A stretch of 20,000 nt of DNA, taken from contig NC_057719.1 of NCBI RefSeq assembly GCF_004010195.1, positions 11,826,774 to 11,846,773 on the forward strand, in the 5' to 3' direction. The notes below the pieces were generated by a model, which was not told where the DNA came from, searched no databases, and saw only the letters and a program-made list of their open reading frames with translations. Of the stretch, positions 1 to 9,754 are shown one piece after another; within the stretch, counting starts at the first letter, position 1, and each line of letters begins with the position of its first letter. A program made the translations under genes and the position numbers. The DNA comes from Chiloscyllium plagiosum (lineage: Eukaryota).

Positions 1-393
1 ACTCGTACTTCATTTCGTCAACATGACCCTTCAACTTGGGCAGTTACAAACTGGGTCAGTGCTCTGACCTTATTTTTGGTAGGAAGTAAATCAGAAGATC
101 AATTCGACTACATTCACTCATTAAGTTGTCAACTCTGGTTGATAGGTTTCATTGTGTGACTTGACCCACTCTCCTTAACTACCTCAGCTGGTTAAACAGT
201 CTTCACCCACTGTGCCTTCCTGCTGCAGTTTGCCAATATTTTGTAACTTTTCTAACAAAACAAAATGTTCACAGCGCAACGAAAACTATTTGAATGAATC
301 TTCAATCATTGCAAACTCCAGGGCAAAACTGGAGGGTTGGCAACCCCACCAGCTCATCTTCCTGGGAGTTACAGAATGCCTTTGTATTTTCAA

Positions 394-705
394 TTTTGTT
401 CATGGATTGCAGGAATTTCTGACTGAGCCAGTATTTATTGCCCAGATGGTAGTTCAGAGTTATCCACATTGCTCTGGTCTGGAGTCGTGTGTCGGCTAGA
501 CCAAGTGAAGATGACACATTCCTTTCCTAAAGAACATTAGTGGGTTTTAACCATCGACAAGAGGTCATTAGGCCAGCTTTCAATTTCAGACTTTTGTTGA
601 ATTCAAATTATCACCACCTGCCTTGGTGAGATTCAAACCCATGTCCCTAGAACAACGGCCTGGGGTTCTGAATTATTAGGCTAGTGATATTACCACAATA
701 TCACC
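394..705 (-). mobile_element. tRNA-derived SINE (shark type), diverged copy
   Basis: The minus strand has a tRNA-like head (GGTGATATTGTGGTAATATCACTAG; B-box-like GGGTTTGAATCTC at 628-640). The body matches the copy at 8343-8671 (e.g. CACTAATGTTC, TGGTCTAGCC/TGGTCTGGCC, CCAGACC). The tail GGGCAATAAATACTGGC resembles 15170-15227. Confidence 0.7.
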
Positions 706-805
706 CCCATCACGACATTCCAGAAATTCATAGTAATCCACATAGGCTCTTTCACAAGGGGCAATGAACTTCTCTGATACAAGGCCGGCCTCATTGGATT
801 ATGCA

Positions 806-990
806 GCACAGAATGAGGCCTTTCAGCCCATTATGCCTGTGAAAGCACTTTCCAATCAGTCCACTTGCTCATAACCCTGTGAGCTATTCTACTTAGAACC
901 ACTTCTCCAATTCCTTTTGGAAAGTTACTGTTGAAATTGCCATTTCAGGCAGCACACTCCATATCACAAGCTCTTGCCGGTTTAAAGAGA
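806..990 (-). mobile_element. Old CR1 LINE 3' end remnant
   Basis: AGGCCTTTCAGCCCAT...CCAATTCCTTTTGGAAAG...TCAGGCAGCACACTCCA resembles the reverse-complemented 3' ends of the other CR1 copies in the window. Highly diverged. Confidence 0.45.
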
Positions 991-1519
991 CTTTTCTGCT
1001 CCCGGCTCTTTTGAATGAGCATTTATGAAGATAACCAATGGGCAGAACTGGTCTTAAACAGTCAACTTCACTGCATAGCCCAGTAACTAAACTTGCAAAC
1101 TCCCCCGCACATGAAGGAAAATCCACCGATGAATTAAGTTGAAATCATGGCTTTATTTAACAGGCCCTTATTCTCTGAAGTTTTGAAGATTGAGGGGTAA
1201 TCCCACTGAAAGATATTAAATTTCTGAGAGGGTTTGATGATACGATAAATGTTAAGAGATTGTTTCCTCTGGCTGGACAATTTAGTCCTTAAGGATATAC
1301 CTTGATCATTTAGGACTGAAATGAGGCTGTGAATCTTTGGAATTCTCTACCCCAGTGAGACACGGATTCTCCATCAAATGCAGAAGAAGCTAGAGAAGCT
1401 CAGCCAGTCTGGCAGCATCTGTGGAGGTAAAAACAATGACTGCAGACGCTGGAAACCAGATTCTGGATTAGTGGTGCTGGAAGAGCACAGCAGTTCAGGC
1501 AGCATCCAAGGAGCTTCGA

Positions 1520-1555
1520 AATCGACATTTCGGGCAAAAGCCCTTCATCAGGAAT
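1520..1555 (-). ncRNA. Minimal type-I hammerhead ribozyme motif (PLE-associated)
   Basis: Minus strand reads attc-CUGAUGA-a-GGGC uuuu GCCC-GAAA-u-GUC-gauu. The helix III palindrome ACGU is mutated to AUGU. Confidence 0.7.
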
Positions 1556-1885
1556 AAAGGCAGTGAGCCTGAAGCGTGGATAGATAAGCTAGAGGAGGGT
1601 GGGGGTGTGGAGAAAGTAGCGTAGAGTCCGTGTGGGATGAGTTGGTTACGGATGTGGCTGTGGTAGCGAGTTTGTTTCACGACATGGTTGAAGAGCTTCA
1701 GGGCAGAGGAAATGACCTGGGAGTTGCAGTGGGAGAGGGACTCCCTGAAATTCTTGTAGAGAGAGGAGGAAAACTTCTTCAAGGCAGGCATCCTTGCAAG
1801 AGGATTCGCAGTAGGGTTAAAATCAATGAGGTAAAAACAATGACTGCAGATGCTGGAAACCAGATTCTGAATTAGTGGTGCCTTT

Positions 1886-1921
1886 ATTCCTGATGAAGGG
1901 CTTTTGCCCGAAACGTCGATT
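1886..1921 (+). ncRNA. Minimal type-I hammerhead ribozyme motif, intact core
   Basis: Reads attc-CUGAUGA-a-GGGC uuuu GCCC-GAAA-c-GUC-gauu. Helix III is the palindrome ACGU. Predicted cleavage between 1917 and 1918. Confidence 0.8.
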
Positions 1922-2587
1922 TCGAAGCTCCTTGGATGCTGCCTGAACTGCTGTGCTCTTCCAGCACCACTAATCCAGCATCTGAGGAGAGATACGATAT
2001 GACTTTCCTTCAGGAATATTATTCATGGATTGTCCATCATTTGAATTTCTGCAAGTCAGGAGATTGACAGTTTTGTGCTGTTAAAGGGAGTCAGGAAGTG
2101 TCGAGTTAGGACGTGAAAATAACATTGAGGCAGAAGGTAGCCTTACTGAATATGGATCATGGACTGGATGACCTGATGCGGTTCCTATTTTATTCTCATG
2201 GCTAAGACCTCGTCTCAAGAGGCACACTCCGGCCTCGTGGGACAACAAGTATGCTGGGAGATCAAGCCACTCCCTGGAAAATTCCCATGAATTGATGTCA
2301 GTGCCCTGTATTTGGTCCATTCTTCAGGATTTGTCTCTGTAGTTGGTCGCTGTGAAGGAATGTTAATGCTATACTCATCTGCTGAGAATCGTACCACAGG
2401 AAACCGCAAAAAATATAAAAAGCAAGGAAAAGAAGACATACATTAGACTGAGACAGAGAGAGAACAAAAACATTTATTCTGTGGGTTGGGAAGTTTCCCT
2501 TCACTGAATTTATCTTGGCAATGCTGTCATTCTGACAGTTTACAAAGTCTGTGCCTTCTCTTTTGTCTCCAAAGATAGTCCTCAGTT

Positions 2588-2690
2588 TTCTGAAGAAGGA
2601 TCACTGGACCTAAAATATTAACTCTGACTTCTCTCCACAGATGTTGCCAGTCCTGAGTTTTTCCAGCAATTTTTGCTTTTGTTTCTGATT
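2588..2690 (+). mobile_element. Old PLE terminal-repeat fragment with a degenerate hammerhead
   Basis: CTGAAGA-A-GGATC ACTG GACCT-AAAA-TATT-AAC followed by TCTCTCCACAGATGTTGCCAG...GAGTTTTTCCAGCA. Same family as 1377-1426. The core is damaged (GAAA->AAAA). Confidence 0.6.
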
Positions 2691-2709
2691 ATATCTTTGC
2701 TGCTTTGGT

Positions 2710-2955
2710 TCCATTTCCCTTAATATCCTCGTTCAAGAAGAATCAACCAATATTAGTTATTCAATTAATCCATACTTCCTTGAGTTCTAAATTTACATTG
2801 TCCTTTGTGTTGAATGCATTCTGACATCCCCCACCCCCAAACAGCCTTGCTGGAATTCTAAAATTATGCCATTTCGTATTCTCATCTGCCCACCAGAACC
2901 AATCACTTACTTTTTCCTATCTATCCTATCAGATTATTTAAATCTCAAGCACTTT
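2710..2955 (-). mobile_element. Very old CR1-like 3' remnant
   Basis: Weak resemblance to reverse-complemented CR1 3' regions (CCATTTCCCTTAATATCC, TTCTAAATTTACA, CTATCTATCCTATCA). Confidence 0.3.
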
Positions 2956-3387
2956 GTGATGGAGGATCACAACATATTGTCATTTGGAAACCTGGGCTGT
3001 AATGTGGACAGAACATATAGGTTCTTAAAGTTTTATTTATATTTCTATGTTGGGTGTCAAAAATGGGAGACATTGTTTCAGTACAATTTTTTTGAGTCCT
3101 CCGAGAGTGTTGAGAGTTTTCTGACATGTTGTTTGCGTATATTTAAATGAGGTTTTTAAAATAAAAGCCCCTGAGATGAATAGTTCAGTGTTTCAGAAAA
3201 GTAGAGTAAATGTAAGTAAAAGAAAAGGCAGTTTCTTAAATACTAGCCAGATGTATGCAATCTTTCACCATATTTGAACCCTTTCATCTTCTGTTTGATG
3301 TCTATTTCCATGCTTTACAAGGCAATTTGAGGTATTTCTGCATTCAAAAACCTCTAAGTTCAGTGGTAGTACAGAATTTAAGTAGTT

Positions 3388-3553
3388 CTGAAAAGAGAGA
3401 CATGTTTCTGAAGCTTTTCATCTTGCACCCATCATAACAAAAACAAGAATGCCAAATTCCAACTAATCACAACAGCTTGTTTGAAATTTGGCATTCCTGC
3501 ATTTGTCCTAATGAGTGCATGACAAAAAGCTTTGACAAAATTTCTCTTTTCAG
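3388..3553. repeat. Imperfect palindrome (arms 3388-3462 and 3481-3553, 18-bp spacer); each arm is a decayed hammerhead-bearing repeat
   Basis: The reverse complement of the right arm (CTGAAAAGAGAAATTTTGTCAAAGCTTTTTGTCATGCACTCATTAGGACAAATGCAGGAATGCCAAATTTCAA) aligns along the whole left arm (CTGAAAAGAGAGACATGTTTCTGAAGCTTTTCATCTTGCACCCATCATAACAAAAACAAGAATGCCAAATTCCAA). Confidence 0.8.
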
Positions 3554-3679
3554 CAATTGTCTGTAAATTGTTTTTAAAGAAAATAGATACTTTTTTTGTA
3601 TTAAGGATCTACCTTTCTATTTTAAAGGCTGATAGATTTCAACTTAAATTTAACAATGTTTAGTTCAGGCTTTAAGATC

Positions 3680-4720
3680 ATAAGACATAAGAGACATAGG
3701 CCAATCAGCTCATCGAGAATACTCTACCGTTCAATGAGATACTGACTGATCAGATAATCTTTCACTTTCTTGCATTTTCCCCATAACTTTTGATTCCTTT
3801 ACTGAATAAAAATGTCTATCTCAGCCTTGAATATATTGGCCCAGCCTCAACATCCCTTCATGGTAAAGAATTCTTCAAATTCACAACCCTGAGAGAAGAA
3901 ATGCCTCCTCATCTCTGACCTAATTCCTTATGCTGAGATGATGCTCTCTGGTCCGAGACTGTCCCACAAGGGGAAACAAACTTTCTGTATCTATCCTTTC
4001 AAGTCCTCTTAGAATTCTGTATGTTTCAAAAAGGTCGCCTCTCATTCTTATACATTTCTAAAAGTACAGGTGTGAACTCCTCAACCTCTCCTCATCAGAC
4101 AGCCTCTCCATAGCTGGTATCAGTCGAGTGAACCTTCTGTGGGCTGCTTCCAATGCCAGTACATCTTTCATTAGTTAAAGAGCCCAAAACTGTTCACAGT
4201 ATTCCAGTTGTGGTCTGACTTGTATAGTGCCTTGTGTAGTTTTTGCTAGGCTTCCTTATTTTTAACTTCCATTCCCTTTGAAATAAAGGCCAATATTCCA
4301 TTTGCCTTCTTTATTACCTACTGAACTTGAATACTAGCTTTTTGTGATTTACGTACGAGGACTCCCACAGTCCTCTGTTCAGTAGCTTTCTCCATTTAAA
4401 TAAAATTCAGCTCCCCTGTTCTTATTGCCAAAGTGCATAAATTCACATTCGCCCAAATTATATTCCATCTGCCAAGTTTTCCACCACTTGCTGAATCTGT
4501 CCGTATTTCTCTTTGGACTCTTTGTGTCATCTTCACCACTTGCTTCCCCACCTATTTTGGTGTGTCATCCACAAACTTGGCTATAATATGTTCACATTCC
4601 TCATCCAAGTCATTAATATACATTGTAAATAATTATAGCCCCAGTATTGTTCCCTGTGGCACTCCGTTAGTTACAGATTACAATCCATAAAAAAAACCTC
4701 TTATCCCAACTTTTGTTTTT
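3680..4720 (-). mobile_element. CR1 LINE, 5'-truncated, diverged
   Basis: CATAAGA-type tail repeats at 3680-3699. The minus strand encodes RT motifs GVPQGTILGL and AKFVDDTP near 4550-4670 with frameshifts and stops. Confidence 0.85.
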
Positions 4721-5145
4721 TAATACCCTAAAACCCAACATTTGCAAATACATTCCAAATAGCACAAATAGCGCTCAAACTCCCAGTAACCTTGCATTTG
4801 TTTGAATCCACAAAATAACAAAGTTTAACAGCAGAATTGCGCAGAAGACATTGTTGTCATTATAAAATGGTTTCCAACTGGGGGCAATACCTCAGCCCCT
4901 TAGCATTTAATAAATACAGTCCTTCCATTCACTAGATACTAACGTATCTTGTGAGGTCCATGGGTTCATTATTTCATAGTGGGTCCCACAAATTGAAATT
5001 TGTTTGGCAGATTTAAAAGCCTTCATCGAGAAAGCAGATAGCATGCCTCTGTCATTCCAGATTAAAGTGATTTTTCTGGGATATCAGGTTGAAATGTGGA
5101 AAGATATAAAGCACATAACATTACCACAACATTATATGTCTGTTC

Positions 5146-6997
5146 ATAGAGTCATAGAGATGTACAGCATGGAAACAGACCCTTCAGCCCAACTCGTCCA
5201 CGCTGACCAGTTATCCCAACCCAATCTAGTCCCACCTGCCAGCACTCAGCCCATATCCCTCCAAAACCTTCCTATTCATCTACCCATCCAAATGCCTCTT
5301 AAATGTTGCAATTGTACCAGCCTTCACCATTTTCTCTGGCAGCTCATTCCATACACGTACCACCCTCTGTGTGAAAAAGTTGCCCCTTGGGTCTCTTTTA
5401 TATCTTCCCCCTCTCACTCTAAACCTATGACCTTTAGTTCTGGACTCTATGACCCCAGGGAAAAGACTTTGCCACTTACTCTATCCATGCCCCTCATTTC
5501 CCAAAATGCAGCACCTCACATTTATCTGAATTAAACTCCATCTGCCACTTCTCAGCCCATTGGCCCATCTGATCAAGATCCCATTGTAATCTGAGGTAAC
5601 CTTCTTCGCTGTCCACCACACCTTCATCTGCAAACTTTCTAACCATACCTCTTATGCTCACATTCAAATTATTTATATAAATGACAAAAAGTAGAGGACC
5701 CAGCACTGATCCTTGTGGCACTCCACTGGTCACAGGCTCCAGTCTGAAAAACAACCCTCCACCACCACCCTCTGCCTTTGAGCCAGTTCTGTATCCAAAT
5801 GGCTAGTTCTCCCTGTATTTCATGAGATCTAACCTTGCTAACCAGTCTCCCATGGGGAACCCTGTTGAACGCCTTACTGAAGTCCATTTGGATTACATCT
5901 ACCGGTCTGCCCTCATCAATTCTCTTTGTTACTTCTTCAAAAAACTCAATCAAGTTTGTGAGACATGATTTCCCAAGCATAAAGCCATGTTGACTATCCA
6001 TAATCAGTCCTTGCCTTTCCAAATACATGTACATCCTGTCCCTCAGGATTCACTCCAACAACTTGTCCACCACCGACGTCTGGCTCAGTGGTCTAATAAG
6101 GCTTGTCCTTACTATCCTTCTTAAAGTGTGGCACCACACCAACCTCTTGTCTTCCAGCATCACCTGTGACTATTGATGATACAAATATCTCAGCAAGAGG
6201 CCCAGCAATCACTTCTCTAGCTTTCCACAGAGTTCTAGGGTACACCTGATCAGGTCATGGGGAGTTATCCACCTTCATACGTTTCAAGAAATCAGCACTT
6301 CCTCCTCTGTAAATGGACATTTTTCAAGGTGTCGCTATCTTTCTCCGTACATTCTATATCTTCCATATCATTTTCCACAGTAAATACTGATGCCAAATAC
6401 TCATTTAGTATCTTCCCCATTTTCTGCAGCTCCACACAAAGGCCGCCTTGCTGATCTTTGAGGGGCTCTATTCTCTCCCTATTACCCTTTTGTCCTTAAT
6501 GTATTTGTAAAACCCTTTGGATTCTCCTTAATTCTATTTGCCAAAGCTGTCTCATGTCCCTTTTTTGCCCTCCTGATTTCCCTCTTAAGTGTACTCCTAT
6601 TGCCTTTATACTCTTCTAAGGAATCACTCAATCTATCCTGTCTATACCTGACATATGCTTCTTTCTTTTTCTTAACCAAACGCTCAATTTCTTTAGCCAT
6701 CCAGCATTCCCTATACCTACCAGCCTTCCCTTTCACCCTGACAGGAATACACTTTCTCTGGATTCTTGTTATCTAATTTCTGAAGGCTTCCCATTTTCCA
6801 GCTGTCCCTTTACTTACGAACATCTGCCCCCAAGCAGCTTTTGAAAGTTCTTTCCTAAACCCGTCAAAATTGGCCTTTCTCCAATTAGAACTTCAAATGT
6901 TACATTTGATCTGTCCTTTCCATCACAATTTTAAATCTAATAGAATTATGGCCGCTGGCTCCAAAGTGCTCCCCAACTTGACTCGGTCACCTGCCCT
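5146..6997 (-). mobile_element. CR1 LINE (young subfamily A), 5'-truncated, with an internal deletion of about 410 bp at 5497
   Basis: Tail CATAGAGTCATAGAG. RT fragments SQHGF...[35 protein letters not shown] and KFAD. Colinear with the copies at 8686-11870 and 12152-14008. Confidence 0.93.
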
Positions 6998-7319
6998 GTT
7001 CAATCCAACAGAATTAATTAACAGAACAGACACATAATAAATTGTACTCTATTTCAAAGGAAGAGTGTAATTTAGTTCAGGATAAGCACAGTCCACTACT
7101 GCTAGGTGAATAAGTCAGCTTTGCAAGGCCAGGCCCTGAACAGGCTCTTGGCTCTGGACAGAGATTGTTTCAAACAATAGCACAGCAATAGTTAACATCT
7201 TCTACAGATTGAGGGAGTCGAACATAAACCAACAAAGCATTTCTTTCACTCTACAAACATGCCTGAGGCAACTATTACTGTTACATCCTGTGACTGAATC
7301 TTGCTGCTTTGTTCCAAAG

Positions 7320-7562
7320 GTCAAAAGCCAATCAATGCCGAGGTCGACTCAGAGGCCCGAGGAAAACAACAAGCTGGAGAGTTGGAAGCAGAACAGCCAG
7401 CAACACCACAAGCAGCGGTGGTCACCTCAACAGACGCAGGGCACTCAGGCACAGCCAAACTTTGGGTCCAACTTGGAGGAAGTGGATCCTTTCGTCCTGG
7501 ACCTGAAGAATTTCCCTGACCTGACAAATGCAGATCTTAATGCTCAGAACCCAAATATTCAG
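7320..7562 (+). CDS. ISM2: Internal coding exon (243 bp, 81 codons, phase 0-0) of an isthmin gene, most likely isthmin-2 exon 2
   Basis: Acceptor TTGCTGCTTTGTTCCAAAG| ends at 7319 and donor CAG|GTGAGA starts at 7563. The open frame is VKSQSMPRS...HHKQRWS...LEEVDPFVLDLKNFPDLTNADLNAQNPNIQ. The C-terminal motif matches isthmin F(L/V)LDLxNFPDLxxADxNxQNPNIQ, which is followed by VTIEVVD in the next exon. From memory PFVLDLKNFPDL/NADL is closer to fish ISM2 than to ISM1, so the paralog call is less certain than the family call. Confidence 0.85.
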
Positions 7563-8377
7563 GTGAGAGAAACAATTAATGACTTGTAAACAATAGCGGA
7601 GCTTGGGGAAAAGAGAAGTCCCCTTCCTTTTACAATTTGAGAGCAACTAACATGCAACCTTCTTCATCCATTCAAATCTCTTGAGGGAATGATCTACACA
7701 ATCTCTTATTCCCATACATTATTGAATACATTTCTGGAAATTCAGCCAACCCAACCACATATTCATCCAACTACTTGAATCGGTACAACATCACCTGTTT
7801 TTGTTGGGCATCATCTTGTTCCATGTTTGTTCTACTTGTGACTAAAATGATTTCAAGACTCCCAGACCCATTGTTCAATGAAGATCAAATGATTTGATGT
7901 AATTCATTGCTGCAGCATTAACCTGCAGATGATTGAATACTGGAGTCTGCCTGATTCAATCTCTTTTGCATTGGACTGATACCAAATAATTTGATCAAAG
8001 GAGAATTTGTCCTACTTCTTTGCATGATCAATACTTCTATCGTCTTCTTCACCTTCCTTTTTTTTCCATCATCTTCTTTTCTCCAGCCTTGAAGATTTAA
8101 TCACCAGTCCAACTGGATTGTGTCAAGCACCACATGGCCAAATTGTCCTTTTCTAAAAACATCTACATTTTGAGTTCTTTCTCAGGAACAATGTCCAACT
8201 TCTTTTCTCTATCATTGTTTCATTAACACTCTCTCCTCTCACTTTCATCATCGAATGAAAAGAGTCTACAAATGACAATGCTAGAGAGACCATGTGTTCA
8301 ATTGACTCTGCTTCTCCCTCTTTTTCACCAGATTCTTGGGAAGGGTGCTGGTGTAGTAATAATGTCACTACAATAGT

Positions 8378-8463
8378 TAAATATCACACAACACCAGGTT
8401 ATAGTCCAACAGGTTTAATTGGAAGCACTAGCTTTCGGAGCGCTGCTCCTTCATCAGGTGGTC
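8378..8463 (-). mobile_element. 86-bp PLE terminal-repeat insertion (family B) inside the SINE head
   Basis: Perfect 14-bp TSD GTCACTACAATAGT at 8364-8377 and 8464-8477. The insert is the reverse complement of about 18722-18806. Confidence 0.85.
8426..8460 (-). ncRNA. Minimal type-I hammerhead ribozyme motif, fully intact
   Basis: Minus strand reads CAC-CUGAUGA-a-GGAGC agc GCUCC-GAAA-g-CUA-GUG. Helix I is CAC/GUG, helix II is 5 bp and helix III is the palindrome AGCU. Predicted cleavage between 8429 and 8428. Confidence 0.8.
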
Positions 8464-9192
8464 GTCACTACAATAGTAATCCAAAGCCAATGATCTCGGG
8501 ACATGGGTTTGAAATCCACTGTGGCAGATGGTGAAATTTGAATTCAATGACACAAGATCCAGAATTTTAAAAAGACCTGTAAGCACTATAAAAACCCTCT
8601 GGTTCACTAATGTTCATTAAGTCAGGAATCTGCCATCCTAACCTGGTCTGGCCTACAGCAAGTCCAGACCCTAAGACTATAAGACGATAGGAACATGGGA
8701 CTGGGATATCATAGCAATTACAGAAATGTGGCTCAGGGATGGGCAGGACTGGCAGCTTAATTTTCCAGGATACAAATGCTACAGGAAGGATAGAAAGAGA
8801 GGCAAGAGAGGAGGGTAATGGCACTTTTGATAAGGGATAGCGTTACAGCTGTGCTGAGAGAGGATATGGAAATAAATCCAGGGAAGTTATTTGGGTGGAA
8901 CCGAGAAATTGGAAAGGGATGATCACCTTATTGGGATTGCATTATAGACTCCCTAATGGTCAGAGGGAAATTGAGAAACAACCTTGTAAGGAGATCTCAG
9001 CTATCTGTAAGAATAATAGGGTGGTTATGGTAGGGGATTTTAACTTTCCAAACATAGACTGGGACTGCCACAGTGTTAAGGGTTTAGATGGAAAGGAATT
9101 TGTTAAGTGTGTACATGAAAATTTTTCTGTTTCAGTATGTGGATGTACCCACTACAGAAGGTGCAAAACTTGATCTACTCTTGGGAAATAAG

Positions 9193-9283
9193 ATTCTGGA
9201 TCAGTGGTGCTGGAAGAGCACAGCAATTCAGGCAGCATCCGAGGACAGGCAAAATCGACGTTTCGGGCAAAAGCCCTTCATCA
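9193..9283 (-). mobile_element. 91-bp PLE terminal-repeat insertion with a hammerhead core (9253-9284)
   Basis: Perfect 10-bp TSD GGGAAATAAG at 9183-9192 and 9284-9293. Minus strand reads CUGAUGA-a-GGGC uuuu GCCC-GAAAC-GUC. Same family as 1427-1975. Confidence 0.88.
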
Positions 9284-9575
9284 GGGAAATAAGGCAGGGC
9301 AAGTGACTGAGGTGTCAGTGGGGGAGCACTTTGGGGCCAGCAACCATAATTCTATTATATTTAAAATAGTGATGGAAAAGGATAGACCAGATCTAAAAGC
9401 TGAAGTTCTAAATTGGAGAAAGGCCAATTTTGACAGTATTAGGCAAGAACTTTCGAAAGCTGATTGGAGGCAGATGTTTGCAAGTAAAGGGACGGCAGGA
9501 AAATGGGAAGCCTTCAGAAATGGGATAATGAGAATTCAAAGAAAGTATATTCCTGTTAGGGTGAAAGGAAAGGCT

Positions 9576-9754
9576 TGATTCTGGATTAGTGGTGCTGTAA
9601 AAGCACAGCAGTTATACACAGCAGCATCCTGATGAAGGGCTTTTGCCCGAAATGTCGATTTTACTGCTCCTCGGGTGCTGTCTGAACTGCTGTGCTTTTA
9701 CAGCACCACTAATCCAGAATCTGGTTTCCAGCATCTGCAGTCATTGTTTTTATC
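9576..9754 (+). mobile_element. 179-bp PLE terminal-repeat insertion with a 5' inversion and a hammerhead motif (9626-9659)
   Basis: Perfect 14-bp TSD TGAAAGGAAAGGCT at 9562-9575 and 9755-9768. Perfect 37-bp inverted repeat at 9577-9613 / 9685-9721. Motif AUC-CUGAUGA-a-GGGC uuuu GCCC-GAAAU-GUC-GAU. Confidence 0.9.

Larger units (their letters stand above)
1427..1975 (-). mobile_element. Young internally deleted Penelope-like element: 3' terminal repeat, ORF N-terminus, partial tandem terminal repeat and inverted terminal repeat
   Basis: Direct repeat GAGGTAAAAACAATGACTGCAG...TAGTGGTG at 1424-1476 and 1828-1880. 1881-1978 is a near-perfect inverted copy of about 1463-1560. Hammerhead motifs lie in both arms. 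ORF 1791->1625 (MPALKKFSSSLYKNFRESL...NQLIPHGL) starts just after the repeat. TSD-like CAGCATCTGTGGAG (1413-1426) / CAGCATCTGAGGAG (1976-1989). Confidence 0.8.
1377..2023 (-). mobile_element. Older PLE terminal-repeat remnant (1377-1426 plus 1976-2023), interrupted by a younger PLE
   Basis: GAGAAGCTCAGCCAGTCTGGCAGCATCTGTGGAG is the reverse complement of the family seen at 2588-2690. It continues after the nested insert with GAGAGATACG...TTCCTTCAGGAAT. Bounded by a 14/16 direct repeat. Confidence 0.55.
1165..2197 (+). mobile_element. Old CR1 LINE 3' fragment, split in two (about 1165-1376 and 2024-2197) by nested PLE insertions
   Basis: Carries CR1 ORF2 C-terminal and 3'UTR motifs (TTGAGGGGTAATC, GTTTCCTCTGG, GTGAATCTTTGGAATTCTCTACCCCAG, GAGATTGACAG). 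The imperfect direct repeat CACGGATTCTCCATCA (1361-1376) / CATGGATTGTCCATCA (2024-2039) flanks the insert. Confidence 0.6.
8343..8671 (+). mobile_element. tRNA-derived SINE, 5' part (3' part at 15125-15227)
   Basis: Head GGTGCTGGTGTAGTAATAATGTCACT, B-box-like GGGTTTGAAATCC, and a body homologous to 394-705. It breaks at CCAGACCC (8671). Confidence 0.75.

Noticed and set aside
5490..5505. The ~410-bp CR1 deletion as a spliced-out intron
   Set aside because: Compared with 12484-12892, the missing segment has no GT...AG ends on the element's sense strand. It shows only short A-run microhomology.
5004..5534. 176-aa ORF and similar ORFs (12065-12485, 12454-12852, 16836-17084, 17237-17596)
   Set aside because: These are antisense shadow frames of CR1 3' regions, repeated in each copy. 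There is no independent coding evidence.
7209..7589. 126-aa ORF as a standalone gene
   Set aside because: It starts at a non-ATG codon. The conserved part is bounded by canonical AG/GT sites at 7319/7563, so the flanks are intronic read-through.
8343..8525. Functional tRNA gene
   Set aside because: Only degenerate A/B-box-like motifs remain. There is no cloverleaf, it is interrupted by an insert, and it is followed by a SINE body.
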